A stretch of DNA of 62,343 nucleotides from Chiloscyllium plagiosum (lineage: Eukaryota). The notes under the pieces were generated by a model that was not told where the DNA came from, ran no database searches, and saw nothing but the letters and a program-made list of their open reading frames with translations. The DNA is taken from positions 88,548,333 through 88,610,675 of the forward strand of contig NC_057719.1 in NCBI RefSeq assembly GCF_004010195.1, written 5' to 3'. Within the stretch, counting starts at the first letter, position 1; every line of letters starts with the position of its first letter. A program made the position numbers and the translations under genes. Shown here piece by piece: positions 53,236 through 62,343 of the stretch.

Positions 53236-54685
53236 AGACAACATACCACACTAGAATCTGCTGCTGACTCTGGGAAGATTATGAAAAAAAAAGATTGTCA
53301 CTTGAACCATAAGATTCCAGCCATGCTTATAACATTTCTCGTATGAGTTCTGATAACTATCAGCAAAATATCATAGGTTGAGAATCGCATTGTTCATTGT
53401 AAAGTTGTACTTTTCTTCTTCAATTATTGTAAATTTGAAAGGTGATAATGAAACTGCCTTTCTGCCTTTCTGCAGATGAACTCTCGACATCCCAGGATTG
53501 AGTTGCTGCATGATGCCATCACAGTTTCTTAGGACAATTAGAAAGGTTTCCGATGACGAGCAGAGACAATATTCTAATTGTGATAGAATTCAAGTCTACA
53601 CAGGCGACTATGCTGCTGAGGAAAAGAAGACCAATACATCCAATCATCCATATGGATTGTCTCTGGACTATACCATGCCAGCTGTCTTTACCATAATGGA
53701 CCTAAGATTCACTGACCAACATTCCAGCCTTGTATCTGGGGAACATTAGAGGCAGCTCTGCAAAATGCCACAGCCTGCAGTCTAGTGCCATGACTATATT
53801 GTATAGCAGTGTATATTTAGTTGAATGGATATAGCAGACATATCTGAATTTGTCACCCATGTTCTCAGAAATGGCAGCTTCATATAGCAACTCAGAACAA
53901 TTCCCGAGTCAAACTACTCAGTAAACACATGTAAAACCAGCAGGCCTCTGCTCTTGAGCTCCAGGATGTGGCTATTCAGAGTCCTTGAACTCTCTGAAAG
54001 CCATTCTGCAGGGATTGCAAGCCAAAGCCTCCCCTACCCACCAAACTAGACCATCAACACAGGGATGATCCTTTGATCCCATCAAAACATCATAGCTGAT
54101 CCTATATCAACGTGGGAATAAAATATAGTTTACAGTATATTTCCTCGTAATATGTCCAAAACAGTGGATATTAAAATATTTATACATATTTATACTGAAG
54201 TATAGAGGTAATGAAGTGAACCTTTGTAAAGATATTGATTTCTTAGGGCTTTTTCTTTTTGTGACATTCTGCAGTGAGGTTGGCTACACTTATGTGGTGC
54301 GTGGAAATAAAACAAATATTTATTTACTTGTAAACTGTCTACTTAACTAAATAAGGTTAATTTTGTCACTGCTACAGCTGGAGTATTATCAGAAACAAAT
54401 GGCAAGGTTTCTTGTCTATCTGCATAATGCAAGCCTCAACATCAGGTTCACTCAAACATAAGATGACCTTCTCTTCCAGGTCCTGCTTTCATAAGTGTAT
54501 TGATGCAGTAAAGAACTTTAGACTCTGTTGGATCTTGCATCTTCTTTTTCGTGCAAACTCCCTCCCCTTGGCTGATCTGTCCAATGTGGAGAAAATACAT
54601 TTGTAAAAGCAAGAGAGGAATGTAAGTAAAACTCTATTATTTTGTCATGCCTTAAGGATTTTTTAAAGGACATTACTGACTCATG

Positions 54686-54754
54686 CAACACATGCTTCTC
54701 CAGCAACACATTTCCATCTCTGATCTCCAGCATCTGCAGACCTCATTTTCTCTT
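54686..54754 (+). mobile_element. Very short Penelope-like insertion
   Basis: 15-bp TSD cattactgactcatg (54671-54685 / 54755-54769). Confidence 0.75.
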
Positions 54755-55412
54755 CATTACTGACTCATGTCAGTCAGCTTCATTGTGCCCTCTCGTGATA
54801 TACAATACTTTGAACTTTTCCGGTGAGGACATGAAACAGTAATCAGTGGAGGAATATGAGTCAACTTTTTTTCTCAGCCAAGGGAAAGCCATCTTACCAC
54901 GGCCTAAAGATTGAACTTGGGATCTTCCTAGGTGTTCTGCCATGCACCAAGTAGCACATAAATGCACAAAGAGTTGAGGTAGACCATTCAATTAGATCAT
55001 TAGCCGATCTGATAATCAAGTCAACTTTCCTGCCCTTTTTCCATAGCCCTTGATTCCCTTTCTGATATATTCTGATTTCTGAACAACATTACAATCCTCT
55101 GCAGTGAAGCATTCCACAGATTTTCTACCTTAGGAGAAGAAAATCCTCATCTCTGTCCTAACTGGGATGGCCCCTTATGCTGAGATAATACAATCCATTC
55201 CTGGACTCTCCCACAAGGGGCAACAAACTCTCTGTATTTACCCTGTCAGGTCCCCTCAGAATATTGTATGTTTCAATAAGGTCGCTTCTGAATTTCAGTG
55301 AGTAGATGCTAAACTCACTGAACCTCTCAGAGTCATAGAGTATTGAAACAGACCCTTCGGTCCAACCGGTCCATACTGAACTAGTCCCACTTGCCTGCTC
55401 CTGGCCCATATT

Positions 55413-56440
55413 AGAACATAGATACATAGAAAAGTACAGCACAGAACAGGCGCTTTGGCCCACTATGCTCTGCCGAGATTTAATCCTAATGTAAAATATA
55501 GTAACCTAAACTATGCACCCCTCAACTCACTGCTATCCATGTGCATGTCCAGCAGTCACTTAAATGTCCCCAGTGAGTCTGCTTCCACCACCACAGCTGG
55601 CAACGCATTCCATGCATTCACAATTCTCTGCGTAAAGAACCTACCTCTGACGTCTTCTTTATACCATCCTCCTAATATCTTCAAACTATGACTTCTCATA
55701 CCAGTCAATCCTGGGGAAAAGTCTCTGGGTATTGATTCTATCTATTCCTCTCATTATTTTGGACACCTCGATCAGACCTCACTTTTTCCTTCTCCCCAGA
55801 GAGAAAAGTCCAAGCTTATTCAACCTTTCTTCATAAGGTAAGCTCTCCAGTCCAGGCAGCATCCTGGTAAACCTTCTTTGCACCCTCTCCAAAGCCTCTG
55901 TATCTTTCCGATAGTAGGGCGACCAGAACTGGACACATTATTCCAAGTGTGGTCTCACCGGGGACTTGTAGAGCTGCAGCAAAACCTCGTGGCTCTTAAA
56001 CTCGATCCCCCTGTTAATGAAAGCCAAAACGTCATATGTTTTCTTAACGATCCTATCCACTTGGGTGGCAACTTTGAGGGAACTATCTACTTGCACACCC
56101 AGATCCCTCTGTTCCTCTACACTGCCAAGAATCCTGTCTTTAATCCTATATCCAAGCATCTGAGTTTGACCTTCCAAAATGCATCACTTCACATTTATCC
56201 AGGTTGAACTCCATCTGCCATTTCTCAGCCCAGCTCTGCATCCTGTCTTTGTCGCAATGCAGTAACCCTCTATACTATCGACGACACCTCCAACCTTTGT
56301 GTCATCTGCAAATTTACTAACCCACCCCTCAACCTTGTCATCCAAGTCAGTTATAAAAACTACAAAGAGCAGAGGCCCAAAAACAGAGCCCTGCGGGACC
56401 CCACTCAACACTGACCTCTAGGCAGAATACTTCCCATATA
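55413..56440 (-). mobile_element. CR1-clade LINE, 3' part (RT C-terminus and 3' UTR)
   Basis: ORF fragments [14 protein letters not shown]...SKFADDTK and QRDLGVQVD...; tail near 55413; continues from the 59356 fragment (QRAVV|xGKYSA). Confidence 0.85.
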
Positions 56441-56443
56441 AGT

Positions 56444-56545
56444 GGGCGGCACGGTGGCACAGTGGTTAGCACTGCTGCCTCACAGCGCCAGAGACCTGGG
56501 TTCAATTCCTGCCTCAGGCGACTGACTGTGTGGAGTTTGCACATT
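56444..56545 (+). mobile_element. HE1 SINE 5' half (interrupted by the HSP90B1 retrocopy)
   Basis: tRNA-like head gggcggcacggtggcacagtggttagcactgctgcctcacagcgccag...tgtgtggagtttgcACATT, stopping exactly where the 59141 fragment resumes. Confidence 0.9.
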
Positions 56546-56671
56546 AGATTAGATTACATTACAGTGTGGAAACAGGCCCTTCGGCCCAACAAGTCCACAC
56601 CGACCCGCCGAAGCGCAACCCACCCATACCCATACCCCGACATTTACCCCTACACTACGGGCAATTTAGCA
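56546..56671 (-). mobile_element. HE1 SINE / HER1-LINE-type 3' tail (~126 bp) forming the 3' end of the HSP90B1 retrocopy
   Basis: Minus strand reads gctaaattgcccgtagtgtaggggtaaatg...gggccgaagggcctgtttccacactgtaatgtaatctaatct, matching the 3' ends of the other HE1 copies here; same orientation as HSP90B1. Confidence 0.9.
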
Positions 56672-59140
<2,469 letters not shown>

Positions 59141-59355
59141 ACATTCTCCCTGTGTCTGCGTGGGTTTCCTCCGGGTGCTCCGGTTTCCTCCCACGGTCCA
59201 AAGACCTGCAGGTCAGGTGAATTGGCCATGCTAAATTGTCTGTAGTGTTAGGTAAGGGGTAAATGTAGGGGTATGGGTAGGTTGCGCTTCGGCGGGGCAG
59301 TGTGGATTTGTTGGGCTGAAGGGCCTGTTTCCACACTGTAAGTAATCTAATCTAA
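59141..59355 (+). mobile_element. HE1 SINE 3' half (continuation of 56444-56545)
   Basis: ACATTctccctgtgtctgcgtgggtttcctccgggtgctccgg...ccacactgtaagtaatctaatctaa; joined to the 5' half it gives a full HE1 like 24318-24614. Confidence 0.9.
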
Positions 59356-60750
59356 TACAACCGCTCTCTGCCATCTGTCAGCCAGCCGATTCTGAATCCA
59401 GATAGCCAAATCTCCCTGTATCCCATACTTCTTGACTTTATGAATGAGCCTACCATGGGAAACCCTATCAAATGCCTTGCTGAAATCCCTATACACCACA
59501 TCCACGGCTTGACCATTGTCGACCTGTCTTGATGCCTCGAAGAACTCAATAAGATTTGTGAGGCATAACCTGCCCCTCACAAAGCCATGCTGACTGCCTT
59601 TAATCACCCTATGCTTTGCCAAATAGTCATAAATCCTATCCCTCAGAATTTTTTCCACAACTGTGCTGACCACAGACGTAAGACTGACTGGTCTGTAATT
59701 GCCAGGGATTTCCCTATTACCCTTCTTGAAAAGAGGAACAATATTCGCCTCCTTTCAATACTCCAGTACGACTCCTGTGGAGAGTGAGGAGGCAAATATC
59801 CTCGCCAGCGGCTTAGTGACCTCCTTTCTTGCTTCCTGGAGCAGGCTAGGATAAACCTGGTCTGGCCCTGGAGACTTATCAATCTTAATGTTTTCCAAAA
59901 TTTCTAGCACATCAACTTCATCAATCTTGATCTGGTCAAGACTGTATCCCAGCTCCTCCAAGTTCCCTTTCCTTGGTGAAAACTGATGCAAGAAACTCAT
60001 TTAGGGCTTCTCCTATCTGCTCAGACTCCACACTCCAGTTCCCTACACTATCCTGATCAGCCCTACCTTCTCCCTGATCATTCTCTTATTCCTCACATAT
60101 GAGTAAAATGCCTTTGGGTTCTCCCTAATCCTTATTGCCAAGCCTTTTTCATGTCCCCGCCTGGCTCTCCTCAGTCCAATTCTGAGCTCCTTTCTAGCAA
60201 GCCTGTAATCCTTTAAAGCTGTGCTAGATGCTTGCTTCCTCCACCTTATGTAAGCTGCCTTGTTCCTTTTGATGAGAAGTTCCTCTGTTCTCGTCATCCA
60301 AGATCCCTTAATCTTAACCCTTCTTACCTGTCTCAGAGGAACAAATTTGTGCATCACTCGCAACGACTGTTCCTTAAATAGTCTCCACATGTCGGCTGTG
60401 CCCTTTCTGTGGAACAATTGTTCCCAGTCTGTACTTTGAGGAGAAAGTGAGGTCTGCAGATGCTGGAGATCAGAGATGGAAATGTGTTGCTGGAAAAGCG
60501 CAGCAGGTCAGGCAGCATCTAGGGAACAGGAGAATCGACGTTTCGGGCATTATTTAGGAATTATCTTATTCCTGAAGAAGGGCTAATGCCCGAAACGTCG
60601 ATTCTCCTGTTCCCTAGATGCTGCCTGACCTGCTGCGCTTTTCCAGCAACACATTTCCATCCCCAGTCTGTACTTCCCAACACCTGTCTGATAGCGTCAT
60701 ACTTTCCTCTTCCCCAATCAAATATCTTCCCTCCTTTCACTCTCCAAGGC
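59356..60750 (-). mobile_element. CR1-clade LINE, upstream part of the element at 55413-56440
   Basis: ORF fragments KSPGPDQ, SQHGFVRGRLCLTNLIEFF, DFSKAFDRVSHG, ending IQNRLADRWQRAVV at the HE1 boundary. Confidence 0.85.
60437..60661. mobile_element. Palindromic Penelope-like short element inside a CR1 LINE
   Basis: 14-bp TSD cccagtctgtactt (60423-60436 / 60662-60675); intact core ctgaagaagggctaatgcccgaaacgtc. Confidence 0.85.
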
Positions 60751-60769
60751 TATGCTAAATTTGCTAGAA

Positions 60770-61876
60770 AAACTGAACCAGATGGACTACACTTCAGAAT
60801 TCAAAGGGAGATAGCTGAAGAGATAGTGGAGGTATTAGTGGTGATCTCTCAGGAATCACTAGAATCAGAGGACTAGAAAATCGCTATACTGACACCCCTG
60901 TTTGAAAAGGGAGTAAAGTAAAAGACAGAAAATTAAAGACCGATTTAGCCTAACCTTGGGCATGGGTAAGATCCTGGAATCCATTGTGAAGAATGAGATT
61001 TCTGAATATTTGCAAGTGTATGGTAAAATAGGGTAATGTCAGCATGGTTTCATCAATGGGAGGTCATGCCTGACAAATCTGTTTGAATTCTTTGAGTAAG
61101 TAATGAGCAAGTTAGACCAAGGAGAGCCAATGGATGTTATCTACCTGGAATTCAAGAAGGCCTTTGACAAGGTGCCGCACAGGAAGGTACTGAGTAAGAC
61201 AAGGACAATGGTGTTAGAGGCAAGGCTGTCTGGAAGAAAGCAGAGTGAGGATAAAAGGGTCTTTCTCAGGATGGCAGCTGGGGATGTGGTGTTCCGCAAG
61301 ACTCAGTGTTGGGACCACAACTTTTCACTTAATACATTAATGATCCAGATGAAGGAACTGAGGGTATTATGGCAAAGTTTGCAAATGATACAAAAGGCAG
61401 GTTGAGGGACAGGTAGTATTGAGGAGGCGGGGAGGCTTCAGAAGAATTTGGACATGTTAGGAGAGTGGGCAAGGAAGTGGCACATGGAGTATAACGTGGG
61501 AAAGTATGAGGTCATACGCTTTGATAGAATAGAGGCACGGACTATTTTCTGAATGGGGAGAAAATTCAGAAGTCTGAAGTGCAAAGAGATTTTGGAGTTT
61601 TAGTCTGGGATTCTGTCAAAATAAACTTGCAGGTTGAGTCAGTAGTTAGGAAGGCAAATGCAATGATAGCATTTATTTTGAGAGGACTTGAATATAAAAG
61701 CAGGGATGTACTTCTGAGCCTCTATACGTCTCTGAACAGACCACATTGGAGTAATGTGTGCAGTTTTGGCCCCATATCTCAGGACGAATGGACTGGTCCT
61801 GGAGCGTGTTCATAGGAGGTACACCAAGAATGGTCCCAGGAATGAAAAACTTAACATATGAGGAATGTTTGAGGAC
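60770..61876 (+). mobile_element. Decayed CR1-type LINE RT region
   Basis: [16 protein letters not shown] and RKANAMIAFI remnants. Confidence 0.8.
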
Positions 61877-62343
61877 TGGGGTGGGGGGTGGGACCCAGGG
61901 AGATAGTGAGGAAAGAGATCGATCTGAGACGGGTACAGCTGAGGACAGAAGTGAGTCAAAGTCAGGGCAGGCAGGGACAAGATAGGACTAATAAATTAAA
62001 CTGCATTTATTTCAATGCAAGGGGCCTAACAGGGAAGGCAGATGAACTCAGGACATGGTTAGGAACATGGGACTGGGATATCATCGCAATTACAGAAACT
62101 TGGCTCAGGGATGGGCAGGATTGGCAGCTTAATGTTACAGGATACAAATGCTACAGGAAAGATAGAAAGGGAGGCAAGAGAGGAGGGGGAGTGGCATTTT
62201 TGATAAGGGATAGCATTACAGCTGTGCTGAGGGAGGATATTCCCGGAAATACATCCAATGAAGTCATTTGGGAGGAACTGAGAAATATGAAAGGGATGAT
62301 CACCTTACTGGGATTGTATTATAGACCCCCCAATAGTCAGAGG
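61877..62343 (+). mobile_element. CR1-clade LINE ORF2 start (APE endonuclease), runs off the window end
   Basis: Translates LNCIYFNARGLTGKADELRTWLGTWDWDIIAITETWL...LGLYYRPPNSQR. Confidence 0.85.

Noticed and set aside
54380..54600. Remaining HSP90B1 3' exons on the minus strand
   Set aside because: Translations do not match the expected KKTFEINPRHP or C-terminal KDEL segments.

Overview
Repeat-dominated eukaryotic genomic DNA from a cartilaginous fish (shark/ray). This assignment is inferred from HE1 V-SINE copies and their partner CR1-clade (HER1-like) LINEs; the species cannot be fixed. The window has one intact-looking gene, INAFM2 (single coding exon 20013-20618, +, GC/CpG-rich). The rest is mostly decayed CR1/L2/Rex1 LINEs, SINEs, Gypsy remnants and about 20 Penelope-like short elements, many palindromic, with 14-17 bp target-site duplications and hammerhead-ribozyme cores. 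The most unusual structure is a 2.6-kb semi-processed HSP90B1 (GRP94/endoplasmin) retrocopy at 56546-59140 (-). It has about 1.4 kb of intronless coding sequence with a frameshift, then two exons with retained GT-AG introns and part of a further intron, and it ends in an HE1 SINE/LINE 3' tail instead of poly(A). It sits between ACATT direct repeats inside another HE1 SINE, which itself interrupts a CR1 LINE. This suggests a nascent pre-mRNA was mobilised by a 3'-tail-dependent LINE via a SINE tail. Repeat boundaries are approximate (by eye) unless stated.
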